64,000 nucleotides of DNA, taken from assembly GCA_963676915.2 (NCBI GenBank), contig CAXXVK010000011.1, forward strand, positions 32,001 through 96,000, written 5' to 3'. The notes below the pieces were generated by a model, which saw only the letters and a program-made list of their open reading frames with translations, was not told the origin of the DNA and did no database searches. Position numbers and translations under genes: made by a program. The stretch's first letter is position 1. Each line of letters starts with the position of its first letter. This stretch comes from Myxococcota bacterium. GTDB taxonomy: Bacteria; Myxococcota_A; SURF-8; G963663525. Of this stretch, positions 38,679 to 49,809 are shown piece by piece.

Positions 38679-39593
38679 TTACGGCAGGTTACCTCGTTGG
38701 GATAGGTAAATCAATTCCCGTTCCAGATCGACTCCGAAGCGTTCCTTTACTTTACACCGGACTTCTTCGACGAGTCGCCGGATGTCTTCGGCTGTGGCGT
38801 TTTGATCGTTGATGATGAAATTGTGATGCTTGGTACTGACCGCCGCCCCACCGATGCGCAAACCGCCTAATTCGGCAGCTTCGATCAGTCGTCCCGCATA
38901 GTCGCCCTCGGGACGCTTGAATACGGAACCACAGTTGGGGAATTCCATGGGGTACTTCGAACGGCGCTTTTTCTTGACGGCCTCCATCGACGCAAGCAGT
39001 TCCTCGGGCGGCTGGCGCTCGGAAACATGGAACCTCGCTCGCAGCACCACACCCCATTCGAGTTTGAACAGGCTCGTTCGGTAACCCATGTGCAGGGATT
39101 CGCGAGGCAGTTGGTGCAGATTTCCTTTCGAATCTAAAAAGGTTACATCCAACAAACGATCGGCGATGGATGCATCCATGGCGGCGTTTTGCACGATGGC
39201 CCCGCCGATGGTTCCGGGAATGTCGTACAGAAAGCCGAAACCGGGAACACCGTTCGAGGCGGCGAAGTGGGCAAAGGTTTCATCGGAACAAGCCGCCGGA
39301 ACGTCGAGCACGTCGCCATCGAGCGTAGGTCGGGAACTGTGATCCACGATCCGCAATACGAGTCCTTCGATGCCTTCGTCCGGGACGAGCACGTTGGAAC
39401 CAAGACCGAGAATCGTCAAAGGAATCGAATGTTTGTGGCACTGTTGCACGAGCCGGAGGATGTCTTCTTCTCGTCCGGTTTCCACAAAGGCTTCCGCCGG
39501 ACCACCAATGCGGTAGGTTGTATAAGGTGCCAAGGCGACGTTCGTTCGGAGGTCGAACGCATCTCCCAAATAATTTTGTATCGTCGATGTCAT
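38679..39593 (-). CDS. murB: UDP-N-acetylmuramate dehydrogenase
   Basis: TTYRIGGPA, GLGSNVL, IPGTIGGA, YRTS, NCGSVFKRP, KHHNFI and LERE. Confidence 0.95.
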   Translation of the reverse strand: MTSTIQNYLGDAFDLRTNVALAPYTTYRIGGPAEAFVETGREEDILRLVQQCHKHSIPLTILGLGSNVLVPDEGIEGLVLRIVDHSSRPTLDGDVLDVPAACSDETFAHFAASNGVPGFGFLYDIPGTIGGAIVQNAAMDASIADRLLDVTFLDSKGNLHQLPRESLHMGYRTSLFKLEWGVVLRARFHVSERQPPEELLASMEAVKKKRRSKYPMEFPNCGSVFKRPEGDYAGRLIEAAELGGLRIGGAAVSTKHHNFIINDQNATAEDIRRLVEEVRCKVKERFGVDLERELIYLSQRGNLP

Positions 39594-39600
39594 TTTGGTT

Positions 39601-42522
39601 TCACCCCTTGGCGTTCTTTTTCGTGTTGGCTTTCTTTTTGGTGCTTTTTCGTTTTTTAGGCGAAGTTTTCGCTTTGGGGGTAGTCTTCTTTTTCGATTTC
39701 GGGTTCATTCCGAGCTTGGGAGCAAGGTAACGACCGGTCCAGCTTTCGGAACAGTTCGCCACATCTTCGGGTGTTCCCTGGGCCACGATTTCCCCGCCTC
39801 CGATGCCTCCTTCGGGACCGAGATCCACGACCCAGTCCGCCGTCTTGATCACGTCCAGGTTGTGTTCGATCACCAGCACGGTATTCCCGGACTCCACCAG
39901 TCGATCCAACACCCCCAGCAGTTTGCGGATGTCGTCGAAGTGCAGGCCGGTGGTGGGTTCGTCGAGAATATACAACGTCTTGCCTGTCGAACGCTTGGAC
40001 AACTCCCGAGCGAGTTTGATTCGCTGCGCTTCACCTCCCGAAAGGGTGGTGGCGGCTTGTCCCAGACGGATGTATCCCAAGCCGACATCCTGAAGGGTTT
40101 TCAACTTTTTATAAATCGACGGAACATTGCGGAAAAGTTCGCAATTTTGATTGACGGTCATTTCCAGCACGTCGGAAATGGTTTTTCCGTGCCAGCGAAC
40201 CTCCAGGGTTTCGCGATTGTAGCGTTTACCCTCGCAGACATCGCAGGTTACGTAGATGTCGGGAAGAAAATGCATTTCAATTTTGATCAGACCGTCGCCC
40301 TGACAGCTTTCGCAACGTCCGCCTTTGACGTTGAAAGAGAATCGTCCCGGTTTGTAGCCACGGGTTTTCGACTCCGGGAGTTGGGCGAACAGGTCGCGGA
40401 TCGGCGTGAAGACTCCGGTATATGTAGCGGGATTGCTGCGTGGCGTGCGTCCGATAGCGGACTGGTCGATGGAAATCACCTTGTCGATGTGCTGAATCCC
40501 CGAAATGGCACGACAGCCTTCGAGTTTTTTCTTGCGACGCAGTTTGGCGGTCAACGATGGCAGAAGGGTGTCGATAACCAACGAGGATTTTCCCGAACCC
40601 GAGACGCCGGTCACGCAGATCAATCGCCCCAACGGTACGGAAAGATCGAGATTTTTCAGGTTGTTGGTGGTGCAGCCTTTGAGTTCCAGGACTCGCGGAT
40701 CGCTGTTGCGGCGTTTTTTGGGCACTGGGATTTCCAAAGCGCCTGAAAGGTATTTTCCGGTCAAGGAATCGGATTTCTTGATTTCCGCCGGAGTTCCCTG
40801 GGCTACGACCTCGCCGCCGTGGATGCCCGCGCCCGGTCCCATATCCACGACGTGATCGGCTTCCAATATGGTGTCTTCGTCGTGCTCCACGACCACGACC
40901 GTGTTTCCCAGGTCGCGAAGGCGCTTTAGAGTATCCAGCAGTCGGTCGTTGTCACGCTGATGCAGGCCGATGGATGGTTCGTCGAGGATATACAGAACGC
41001 CGACCAGCGACGAGCCGATTTGCGTGGCCAGTCGGATGCGCTGTCCTTCGCCGCCGGAAAGCGTGCCGGAACTACGATCCAGGTTGAGGTATTCCAGACC
41101 TACGTTATTCAAAAAACTCAGTCGTTCGCGAACTTCCTTCAGTATTCGCTCGCCGATCTGCATCTGTTTGTCATCGAGATGCAGGTTGAGGAAGTAGTCC
41201 AGCGCCTGTCCCACCGTGAAGTGGGTGACATCCATGATGTTTCGGCCATCGATGCGCACCATCAACGCCTCGGAACGCAGGCGCAATCCGTTACAGGAAG
41301 GACAAACCTGTTGGTTCATGTACTTTTCGAACTCTTCCCGGATATACTCAGAAGCCGTTTCCCGATAGCGTCGTTCCAGGCTGGGAATCACGCCCTCGTA
41401 TTCCCGTTGCCATTCGACGTGTCGACCTTTTTCGTCCTTGTGACGAAAACGCACTTCGACGCCGCCGGAACCGTACAGCACGATTTTCTTGGCTTTTTTC
41501 GACAGCTTGTTCCAAGGCGTATCGAGCGAGAACCCAAACTCTTCCGCTGCGCCTCTCAAGTATGTCTGGTAGATGAAACCTGTTTTCGAGTTCCAGGGCC
41601 GAATCGCGCCTTCTGCCAGCGTCAAGCTTTCGTCGGGAACGATCAGTTCGGGATCGAAGTAGGTTTTCTCTCCCAGTCCGTGGCATTCGGGGCAGGCACC
41701 GAAAGGACTGTTGAAGGAAAAAAAGCGGGGTGAAATTTCAGGGAAACTGATGCCGCAGTCGGCGCAACCGAAATTTTCGCTGAACGTCCTGGATTCTCCC
41801 GACACGGTTTCGATGGTCGCCAGTCCCTCTCCAAGGGCGAGAGCCAACTCCAGCGAATCCGCTAGACGGGAACGAATCGTGGGTTTCATGATCAGGCGAT
41901 CCAGGAAAACCTCGATGGTGTGCTTTTTTTGGCGATCAAGAGAAACGTCCGTTTCGGAAAGATCGACCATTTCTCCGTCGATACGTATACGCGGGTAGCC
42001 ATCCTGCACCAAGCGCTTCAATTCTTTCTGGTAACTTCCCTTTTTTCCTCGGATAAAAGGCGCAACGACGGAAAACCGCGTGCCTTCCTCCAATTCCATC
42101 GCCTGATCTACCATCTGGTTGATGCTCATGGCGGTAATCGGCTGCCCGCAGGAGGGGCAAAAAGCCTCGCCGATACGTGCAAACAACAAGCGGAGGTAGT
42201 CGTAGATTTCAGTGACGGTAGCAACGATGGAACGTGGGTTGCGGCTGGCGTTTTTCTGTTCGATGGAAATTGCCGGGGAAAGTCCCTCGATGTAATCGAC
42301 ATCCGGCTTGTTCATTTGCTCCAGAAACTGGCGAGCGTAGGCCGACAGGGATTCCACATAGCGCCGTTGTCCCTCTGCATAGAGCGTATCGAAAGCCAGA
42401 GAAGATTTTCCTGACCCGGAAAGTCCTGTAATTACGATAAGTTTTTCTCGGGGTAACGTCAGATCGACGTTTTTCAGGTTGTGCTGACGCGCCCCTTTGA
42501 TACGGATGATTTCACTGGCCAC
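39601..42522 (-). CDS. uvrA: Excinuclease ABC subunit A
   Basis: GARQHNLKN, two Walker A motifs (GSGKSS), zinc fingers, and LSGGE/LDEP twice. Confidence 0.98.
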   Translation of the reverse strand: MASEIIRIKGARQHNLKNVDLTLPREKLIVITGLSGSGKSSLAFDTLYAEGQRRYVESLSAYARQFLEQMNKPDVDYIEGLSPAISIEQKNASRNPRSIVATVTEIYDYLRLLFARIGEAFCPSCGQPITAMSINQMVDQAMELEEGTRFSVVAPFIRGKKGSYQKELKRLVQDGYPRIRIDGEMVDLSETDVSLDRQKKHTIEVFLDRLIMKPTIRSRLADSLELALALGEGLATIETVSGESRTFSENFGCADCGISFPEISPRFFSFNSPFGACPECHGLGEKTYFDPELIVPDESLTLAEGAIRPWNSKTGFIYQTYLRGAAEEFGFSLDTPWNKLSKKAKKIVLYGSGGVEVRFRHKDEKGRHVEWQREYEGVIPSLERRYRETASEYIREEFEKYMNQQVCPSCNGLRLRSEALMVRIDGRNIMDVTHFTVGQALDYFLNLHLDDKQMQIGERILKEVRERLSFLNNVGLEYLNLDRSSGTLSGGEGQRIRLATQIGSSLVGVLYILDEPSIGLHQRDNDRLLDTLKRLRDLGNTVVVVEHDEDTILEADHVVDMGPGAGIHGGEVVAQGTPAEIKKSDSLTGKYLSGALEIPVPKKRRNSDPRVLELKGCTTNNLKNLDLSVPLGRLICVTGVSGSGKSSLVIDTLLPSLTAKLRRKKKLEGCRAISGIQHIDKVISIDQSAIGRTPRSNPATYTGVFTPIRDLFAQLPESKTRGYKPGRFSFNVKGGRCESCQGDGLIKIEMHFLPDIYVTCDVCEGKRYNRETLEVRWHGKTISDVLEMTVNQNCELFRNVPSIYKKLKTLQDVGLGYIRLGQAATTLSGGEAQRIKLARELSKRSTGKTLYILDEPTTGLHFDDIRKLLGVLDRLVESGNTVLVIEHNLDVIKTADWVVDLGPEGGIGGGEIVAQGTPEDVANCSESWTGRYLAPKLGMNPKSKKKTTPKAKTSPKKRKSTKKKANTKKNAKG

Positions 42523-42928
42523 AAGCTTGCCTTTCCACGGTTGCCGGTTGCGGTTCTTCGTTCCACTGGAACGAACCTATAAATTTAGACCATGCTCGGT
42601 GAAAAGCAAGGGACAGGAGCGACAGGACTCCCCCCATTTTTTCAAAGCTTGTGTCCCATCATGGGTGCCACGGTCTTTGCCCGAAGGGCAATGGCCGTGA
42701 GATTCCAGGTACTTGCACGGCCATCGATTCTTCCAATCGAAGACCGTGGCACCCTGAAGTTTTTATTTGTAAATAAGGTGCTTTTACAAGAAATAATCAT
42801 TTTCACTTTTGAAATTCGAAAAGCGCTGTATTTACTTCCAGATACAAAATCGCAATACGGTTTTTCGGGGGATGTCCTGACAAGAGCGAGGATTAAAGAA
42901 GCGAAAACAAAGAAAAATCTCAGCACAT

Positions 42929-42962
42929 AAAAAAGCCCGTAGAAAACAACCGTTCTACGGGC
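42929..42962 (-). terminator. Intrinsic terminator
   Basis: GCCCGTAGAA/TTCTACGGGC stem plus T6 on the minus strand, after 42999-43781. Confidence 0.75.
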
Positions 42963-42998
42963 ACTTACATCGTAAATTTGTTCGAGTGTAAAGAACGC

Positions 42999-43781
42999 TT
43001 AGTTGAACGTGATGCTCAAAACCGCGTTTTTATACTGTTCGTCCATATCTTTGATCAAAGCTTCTCGGTCTATGATCTGCTCGTCCCGTTCGTTGGTTAC
43101 ACGGATTTTCCCGAGGTGGGTGTCGAAGTTCTGGTTGCCTTTGTAGGTCTTGACCACGAAACGGAAAAAGTCTTTGCTTTCAATGACGTGGCGAGCTTTT
43201 TTTCCTTTTTTCTTCGTGTAGAGCACGTACTGGTTGATCATCAGGCATTCGACCCGATCCGGCGAGGCATCGGAGACTTCGTAACAGTTCTTCTCGCCGT
43301 TCTCGCGGTTTTTCTTATTGAATTCAATGGTTTTGATGTCTTCCCAAGGCACGAAAAATTCGTTGCGGTCATAAGTGACCATCAAGCCTTCGCTAAGTTC
43401 CCATTGAGGCTGTGCGCCATGGTCCGTAATTCCTTGAGCTACCAGGAAATTGACGATGGTCCCTTTCCAGATTTTCTTGTCCTTCAGTTTGATGCTGACT
43501 TTGATGTTTCGTTTGTCCGGGGGGAACTGCGGTTCGGGCGCTTTGGCCGGTTCGGCGGCTTGTTCGGGTACCGCTTTTACGTCTGCGGCTGCAGCATCGG
43601 GCGTTGTTGCCGGTTCGGCTTTCGGCTCGGCTTTTTCAGCCGGTTGATTCAACATGGAATCCAACGAATTTTCGAATTCTTCCGCAGAAGGAGCGGCGAC
43701 CCCTTCGTCGCTAGCGGCAAAAACCGGAAATGCGAGAATCAGAGAAAAGAGAATCGTTACAAAGCCTGCGGTAATTTTCAT
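42999..43781 (-). CDS. Secreted hypothetical protein (Ala/Pro/Glu linker, basic C-terminal domain)
   Basis: ATG 43781 follows AGGAG. Signal peptide ending VFA-A, low-complexity linker, CYEVSDASPDRVEC motif and its own terminator. Confidence 0.75.
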   Translation of the reverse strand: MKITAGFVTILFSLILAFPVFAASDEGVAAPSAEEFENSLDSMLNQPAEKAEPKAEPATTPDAAAADVKAVPEQAAEPAKAPEPQFPPDKRNIKVSIKLKDKKIWKGTIVNFLVAQGITDHGAQPQWELSEGLMVTYDRNEFFVPWEDIKTIEFNKKNRENGEKNCYEVSDASPDRVECLMINQYVLYTKKKGKKARHVIESKDFFRFVVKTYKGNQNFDTHLGKIRVTNERDEQIIDREALIKDMDEQYKNAVLSITFN

Positions 43782-44039
43782 GATCTTATCTCCTGTTGAT
43801 CCGTCCCCTTTACGCCCCAACCTTAACGTCGGTTTCCCTTGGCTGTCAAGTTCGAAGCCACTCCCAAGAGCAATTGCAGAATTTGGAAACGTTCTCCCTT
43901 CTTGTAACCAATTATGTCCAATGGTATAAAAAAGGAAATTGTCCACCACCTAAAAATGAGATTCGTACCTCGGGAACGATGCGGGAAATCATGCTTTGTG
44001 CATTGGATCGGAATCCCAGACCTTCGAAGAGAGGAAAAC

Positions 44040-45203
44040 ATGATAAATACCACCCTTATTGATTCCTCAAACGACATCGTGTTGTCACCGTTCCAAGAAG
44101 AACATATTGCTCCCATTCTTGAATTGATGAACCGGGAGGGCTGGTATTATTACGACCGAAACGAGCTGATGCGCTATTTGAAGCTTGGGGAAGAATGTTT
44201 CGTTCTGCTTTCCGGTAAAAACGTGATCGGTTGCCTGTTTACGACGAATTACGGAAATCAAGCCTGGTTGGGAAACATCATCGTAGCGGGAGCACCGGAA
44301 GCGGCGCAACGGTCGAGCGATTCCATTGGTTATCGTAACAGAGGTTACGCCGGGCGGATGATTCTCCATGCTATGGAAATTCTTGGGAAAAAAGGTGTCA
44401 AGACCTTTCGTCTGGGTTCGGTGCCAACGGCTATCGGTGCGTATAAAAAGGTTGGTTTTCGAGCCGAATCGTTTACGACGGCCCAGGAGGCTTGGCTTCC
44501 TTTGACGTTCCGGGACGATCCTCCCGAACTCGAACCTGGAGAAGTTGTCGAAACGATGACCGCCGAGGATGTGACCCAGGGTGTCGCACAACTCGATGGC
44601 ACCTATTTTCGTTCCAACCGCACCACGTTGCTTCAGGAATTGTATGCGGATTCCATTCGGGAGAGTTGCCTTTGTTTGAGGAAAAAGGACGACCTTTTGG
44701 GATTTGTCATGATTCGACGTCGTATGACGCTGAAAAAGGAAGGTGGTTTCGCCGAAGGACCGGATGCGGTTTATCGGTTGGGGCCATGCTGCATTCAACC
44801 GGATGTCGGCATCAGGGGATTCAAGATCCTTTTTCAAAAAGCGATGAAAGCGGTTCATGCCGAACTCGAACACTTTGAGGGGCAAGCGAAACTCTACGTC
44901 GTGTTTCCGCAAAACGCCGTAAAAAGCAGAATATACGCAGCTTTCGAAGAGATGGGTGGGGCAGATCCTGATCGTGTGTTCAACGAACATGACCAACTCT
45001 TCGGTTCCACCGCTTCGACGAAAAACGACGAGTTATGGAAGGTCATGCAAGAGCTTGGATTTCAACAGGAATACTTCGAGCAGGTTATGAGCGTGACGCC
45101 CGGAGAACCCCCGGAATGTCCTCCGAGGGATCGTGTCGCGGTGCAGTCGCAGGCCGATCCTGAAGGAATCTTCGCTACGGCGACTCCGGGAGATAAAGCG
45201 TAA
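44040..45203 (+). CDS. GNAT-family N-acetyltransferase (tandem GNAT-like)
   Basis: WLGNIIV...YRNRGYAGRM...AYKKVGF and a second degenerate domain (RLGP). ATG follows GAGG. Confidence 0.75.
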   Translation: MINTTLIDSSNDIVLSPFQEEHIAPILELMNREGWYYYDRNELMRYLKLGEECFVLLSGKNVIGCLFTTNYGNQAWLGNIIVAGAPEAAQRSSDSIGYRNRGYAGRMILHAMEILGKKGVKTFRLGSVPTAIGAYKKVGFRAESFTTAQEAWLPLTFRDDPPELEPGEVVETMTAEDVTQGVAQLDGTYFRSNRTTLLQELYADSIRESCLCLRKKDDLLGFVMIRRRMTLKKEGGFAEGPDAVYRLGPCCIQPDVGIRGFKILFQKAMKAVHAELEHFEGQAKLYVVFPQNAVKSRIYAAFEEMGGADPDRVFNEHDQLFGSTASTKNDELWKVMQELGFQQEYFEQVMSVTPGEPPECPPRDRVAVQSQADPEGIFATATPGDKA

Positions 45204-45237
45204 CGGTTTGGTAAAAATGCAATAAATTCGGGAAAAC

Positions 45238-45891
45238 TTACGAACGTTTGTTTTTCATGGCACGGAAAAAGCCAAGAAAATAGTCTCCCGCCGAGGTGAC
45301 CGAGAAGAAAAAGGCGAAGTACAGCAGGACCAGCCCTACGGTGTGCAGGTTGACTTCGCTTTCCCAGAAACCGAGGTTGATGATGTACGAACTGTGCACG
45401 ATCATCGCGGCCAAACCACTGAGTTGAAAGGCGGTTTTATATTTTCCCAAAGAACGGGCGGCGATGACCAGCCCTTCCGAAGACGCAATGGCCCGTAAGC
45501 CGGTAATGGTGATTTCCCGCGCCATCAGGATCACCGCAAGCCATAGGGGTACGCGCTCCATATTCAATAGCACCAGCAAAACGGCCAGCACGATCAGTTT
45601 GTCGGCCAGTGGATCGAGAAATTTCCCGATCACCGAAATCTGGTTCAATTTCCTGGCGAGAAAGCCGTCCAGAAAATCGGTTGCAGCGGCAAGACCGAAC
45701 GTTAAGGCGGCAATAAAAGAAGCCAGCGGAGTGTCCACCATCATCAAGGCGCAAACCACCGGCACGGCGAAAATCCTACCCAAAGTCAACAGGTTGGGGA
45801 GGTTCGTCAATTCTCCCAGCAGGGAAGGGGAGTTTTTCGGAGTCGAAGACTCATTGTTTTTCGTGTGGTTCTCTTCCATGAACCTTGCCAT
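45238..45891 (-). CDS. pgsA: CDP-diacylglycerol--glycerol-3-phosphate 3-phosphatidyltransferase
   Basis: NLPNLLTLGR, TDFLDGFLARK, GKFLDPLADK and GKYKT. The start could be 45879. Confidence 0.93.
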   Translation of the reverse strand: MARFMEENHTKNNESSTPKNSPSLLGELTNLPNLLTLGRIFAVPVVCALMMVDTPLASFIAALTFGLAAATDFLDGFLARKLNQISVIGKFLDPLADKLIVLAVLLVLLNMERVPLWLAVILMAREITITGLRAIASSEGLVIAARSLGKYKTAFQLSGLAAMIVHSSYIINLGFWESEVNLHTVGLVLLYFAFFFSVTSAGDYFLGFFRAMKNKRS

Positions 45892-46203
45892 AGCACCAGT
45901 TTGCCGCTTAAGCAATAGTCGGGTGGAGATTTTTACAAGCTTTAACATTTCGACCGTTTTTGATTTTGTTGAAAGATTGACGAAACGCGGTCTTGTTTGG
46001 AATACCGTTTCCAAGAATGAATACATGTCTGGAGTACTGATAAATTTTTGTGAAGGGAAGGTGGCGGAATCCTTCATGTCTTTTCCGCTTGACGTAGAAG
46101 ACGGGCCGCCTTACTTTTGAACAACCAAAGCCATATCGACCCGTATGGGGACATTTTTCCGGGAGAGCCGTGGTTCGGCTGTTCCATGAAAGGTCATTGA
46201 ACG

Positions 46204-47556
46204 ATGGGAAACGAATCTCAGGACAAGCGCATCGCGCAAGCCAACAAGCCGTTTGAAGACGCCAACCGGCTTCATCCATACTATCGCGGCAAACTCGAAG
46301 TACAGCCCAAATGCCGCATTCGCGATTTCAACGATTTTGCCATCTGGTATTCACCCGGTGTGGCCGCTCCCTGCCGCGAAATCGAGGCCGACCCGGAAAA
46401 AGCCTACGAAATGACCTCCAAATGGAATTACGTCGGCGTGGTTTCCGACGGTACCCGCGTGCTGGGACTGGGGGATATCGGTCCGTTGGCCGGTTTGCCT
46501 GTGATGGAAGGCAAAGCTATTCTTTTCAAATACTTGGGTGCCGTAGACGCCTTCCCGATCATGCTGGATACCAAAGATCCGGACAAATTTATCGAAACGG
46601 TCAAGATCCTGCAACCGACCTTCGGCGGCTTCAACCTCGAAGACATCGCGCAGCCCAAATGTTTCCGTATTCTTGATACCTTACGTTCGGAGTGCGACAT
46701 TCCTGTCTGGCACGATGACCAGCAGGGAACGGCAGCGATTCTGCTTTCGGGGCTTTACAATGCGGCGAAAGTCGCCGGTCGGACTTTCGAAGACCTGACC
46801 ATTGCGATGGTCGGCGCCGGAGCCGCCAACGTGCGGTTTGCAGCCTTGCTGGAAACGGCCGGAATCAAAATGGAAAACATGGTTGTTTGCGATTCTCGGG
46901 GAACGTTGCATACGGACCGCGAAGACCGCGAGCGGCTGCAAAGCCAATATCCCGAAAAGTGGTGGTTATGCCAACGCACCAACCCGAAACGCATCAAGGG
47001 GGGAATTCCTGAAGCGATGAAAGACCGGGACTTCGTGGTGTCGCTTTCCACACCGGGACCGGGAATTATCCAACCGGACTGGATCAAAACCATGAACCCC
47101 GATCCCATCGTGTTCGCCTGCGCCAATCCCACACCGGAAATCTGGCCTTGGGAAGCCAAGGAAGCCGGGGCCAAAGTCGTCGCCACCGGTCGCAGCGATT
47201 TTCCGAACCAGGTCAACAACTCCATGGGATTCCCGGCGATTTTCCGAGGGACGTTGGATGTCCGGGCCAAGACGATCACCGATAACATGTGCATCGCCGC
47301 CGCCAAAGAGTTGGCGCGTTTCGCCGAAGAAAAAGGCATTCACGAAGACTATATCGTTCCTACCATGGACGAGTGGGAAGTCTATCCTCGCGAAGCTGCC
47401 GCCGTGGGAATGCAGGCCGTGGCCGATGGCGTGGCCGGGGTTACGGACGCAACCTTTGAAAGCCTCCAGGCTAATGCGACCGAAATGATTCTGGAATCCA
47501 GGAACAAATTCCAGACCCTGCAACGGGAATTCATTACCGATCCCGACGCCGAGTGA
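46204..47556 (+). CDS. NAD(P)-dependent malic enzyme (short type)
   Basis: YSPGVA, VLGLGDIG, PVMEGK, NLEDI, HDDQQGT, GAGAA and TGRSDFPNQVNN. Confidence 0.94.
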   Translation: MGNESQDKRIAQANKPFEDANRLHPYYRGKLEVQPKCRIRDFNDFAIWYSPGVAAPCREIEADPEKAYEMTSKWNYVGVVSDGTRVLGLGDIGPLAGLPVMEGKAILFKYLGAVDAFPIMLDTKDPDKFIETVKILQPTFGGFNLEDIAQPKCFRILDTLRSECDIPVWHDDQQGTAAILLSGLYNAAKVAGRTFEDLTIAMVGAGAANVRFAALLETAGIKMENMVVCDSRGTLHTDREDRERLQSQYPEKWWLCQRTNPKRIKGGIPEAMKDRDFVVSLSTPGPGIIQPDWIKTMNPDPIVFACANPTPEIWPWEAKEAGAKVVATGRSDFPNQVNNSMGFPAIFRGTLDVRAKTITDNMCIAAAKELARFAEEKGIHEDYIVPTMDEWEVYPREAAAVGMQAVADGVAGVTDATFESLQANATEMILESRNKFQTLQREFITDPDAE

Positions 47557-47568
47557 ACCTTTTCATCG

Positions 47569-48231
47569 TTATTCGATCCAGTCGGAGATGTCTGTCAGCG
47601 CTTTACGAGTAATATCGGGAACCTGGCAGTTTTCCGCCGGATATCCGACTGGGAGAATCATGAGCGGAACCTCGTTCTCCGGGCGTCCCAGAATAGAACG
47701 AAGGAAGTTCATCGGACGTGGTGTATAGGTCAGTGTGACCAGACCTGAAAGGTGAATAGCCGAAAGCAACAGACCTATCGCCAGGCAAGCCGAGGTGTGT
47801 GAATAATAGACCTTTTCACCACGATCCCCGCGCTGCAAACGAAATGCTACGACCAACCAAGGGGCGTCTTCTAAAAACGGCTTTTCGGGTCCGAGTCCCA
47901 GAGGGGCGATATCCTGAAGCATTTCAGAATGTTCGGTGCTTTCAAACAGCTTGCGTTCCACCGACTCACAAGCTTTGCGAATGGTGCGTTTGGTTTCCAG
48001 GTCGGATACGCAAACGAAGCGCCAAGGCTGGCGATTGGCACCACTGGGTGCCGATCCGGCGCAGCGGATGAGGTTTTCCATGGTTTCCTTCGAAACCGGT
48101 CGATCCGAAAAATGACGGATACTTCGACGCAATGCCACCGTTTCGAAGGTTTGACGACTGAGCCTTTCCGGTGGATCTTTCGGAGAATAGCAACGAAATG
48201 CTCTGGAATTTCGATTGGTTGTGTTATTCAT
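47569..48231 (-). CDS. Nitroreductase, iodotyrosine-deiodinase-like
   Basis: RRSIRHFS, APSGANRQPW, KPFLEDAPWL and TLTYTPRPMNFL. Confidence 0.8.
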   Translation of the reverse strand: MNNTTNRNSRAFRCYSPKDPPERLSRQTFETVALRRSIRHFSDRPVSKETMENLIRCAGSAPSGANRQPWRFVCVSDLETKRTIRKACESVERKLFESTEHSEMLQDIAPLGLGPEKPFLEDAPWLVVAFRLQRGDRGEKVYYSHTSACLAIGLLLSAIHLSGLVTLTYTPRPMNFLRSILGRPENEVPLMILPVGYPAENCQVPDITRKALTDISDWIE

Positions 48232-49646
48232 CGTTCGGTTTCACTCAAATCGACGAACGTACCTTTGATGGTGAAATCCGGATTGCTGCCTTCCGACCAT
48301 GCCACGAAATAGATGTCGTCTTTGATATAGGTAATGGCCGGTTGATAGGGGGCGACTGAAACGGAATTCACGCGGATCGATTCCGAGAATTTTTCAAAGC
48401 TCGATCCGTTTCTTGCAAAACCACGGATGGTTACGTAGTAGCCTGATCCCGATTCCGAACTGTAATACACTGCCGCACCGCCATCAGGAGACGCTGCGAG
48501 TGAGGGGGAGAACTCGTTTTCGCCGCTGGAAGCCAGCCTTACATTCGTGGAACCGCTGTTTTTCTTCGAAGCATCGATGAGTACGACGTCTCCTTCGTCT
48601 GCACCCAATGTGCCAAAGGCAAGGTACACGGGACTGTTTTCGTCGCGATAGGCTGCGAACGACGGTCCTGCTCCACCGTTTTCCGTTCGGCTGTCGTATG
48701 CGGTTTCGGAAAGGGGCATCGATGCACCGTAGGGAATCACGTTGTATTGGATGAAATCCTCGTCATCCTCCCAGGCGACATACAGATTGCCAAAGAGATC
48801 CGCACCCGCGTCCGGGAAGACCTGCGACGTGGAGTCGTCGAAATGCAGTTTCACAACGGACTCGACGGTTTCTCCATCGGAGTCGATCACCTGGGAAAAG
48901 GCTTGCCATTTCCCATAATTTTCTTCACTGATCGTGTCCGGGTCGGCCCATGAACCGACCACGGCGAAGCGGTCGTTCGGTAGGGCGACGACTTTGGCCA
49001 TCCAGGCGTTGATGCTTTCATTTTCATCGCTTCGTACCGGATGCAGGGTGCGGTCTTCGTCCATGATCGGTGTGCCGTCGAAACTATAGGTTCTGTAGTG
49101 GATGGATAGATTGTTGGGAGATTCGCCGTTGTCCGACTGCCAGACGAACGCCACGCGGTCGGCGGCAAGGTCGAGATCCGGTTCTGTTTCGTTGAAATCC
49201 GCCGTATTGACTTTGAACGGTGCAACGAGCGTCTGGCCGTCCAGGGCGATGCGGGTAGCGTACACGTCGAATGTGTTCTGTTCATCCGGGCGGTTGTAGA
49301 CGATCCAGACGCCTACGCCATCGAAACGCACCGTAACGTGAATCTGGCAACTTCGGCCTGCGGCGTCGAGATCGAACACCTGTCCGGTAACCGGCTCGAT
49401 TTCCGATGTGAAAGCAATGGGTTCCAAGGTCGCGGGCGGTTCTTCTTCTTCGGCTTCTACTTCGGATTCCACTGGTTCGGCGTCCATGTCTCCGGGAAGA
49501 GGCTCGGATTCTTCGACTTCTGCTATGGAATCCGTGTCGCTATCGCCATCCTGTTGTGACGTGGTGTTATCGTCGCTACCACAACCATACAGCGGAAGAA
49601 AAAGACAAACAGCCACGATCAATAACAAAATTCGTACGCTCGGCAT
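48228..49646 (-). CDS. Lipoprotein with acidic linker and beta-rich repeats
   Basis: Lipobox LYGC-GSDD, DGDSD linker and repeated (F/Y)VAW motifs. ATG 49646 follows AGGAG. Confidence 0.78.
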   Translation of the reverse strand: MPSVRILLLIVAVCLFLPLYGCGSDDNTTSQQDGDSDTDSIAEVEESEPLPGDMDAEPVESEVEAEEEEPPATLEPIAFTSEIEPVTGQVFDLDAAGRSCQIHVTVRFDGVGVWIVYNRPDEQNTFDVYATRIALDGQTLVAPFKVNTADFNETEPDLDLAADRVAFVWQSDNGESPNNLSIHYRTYSFDGTPIMDEDRTLHPVRSDENESINAWMAKVVALPNDRFAVVGSWADPDTISEENYGKWQAFSQVIDSDGETVESVVKLHFDDSTSQVFPDAGADLFGNLYVAWEDDEDFIQYNVIPYGASMPLSETAYDSRTENGGAGPSFAAYRDENSPVYLAFGTLGADEGDVVLIDASKKNSGSTNVRLASSGENEFSPSLAASPDGGAAVYYSSESGSGYYVTIRGFARNGSSFEKFSESIRVNSVSVAPYQPAITYIKDDIYFVAWSEGSNPDFTIKGTFVDLSETER

Positions 49647-49809
49647 CGTCAACAGCTCCTTCGAACGAAGATTAAAAAAACAGCACATTGTACCTGGATT
49701 TCGCAAAAGATCGCGAATTTTCCCGATTTTATCCGATGTTGCCGGTGTTTTTAGGGAAAGCAACGATCTGTGGGGAGTTTTGTATAATTTCGTGCAGATA
49801 AAAGCGTTT

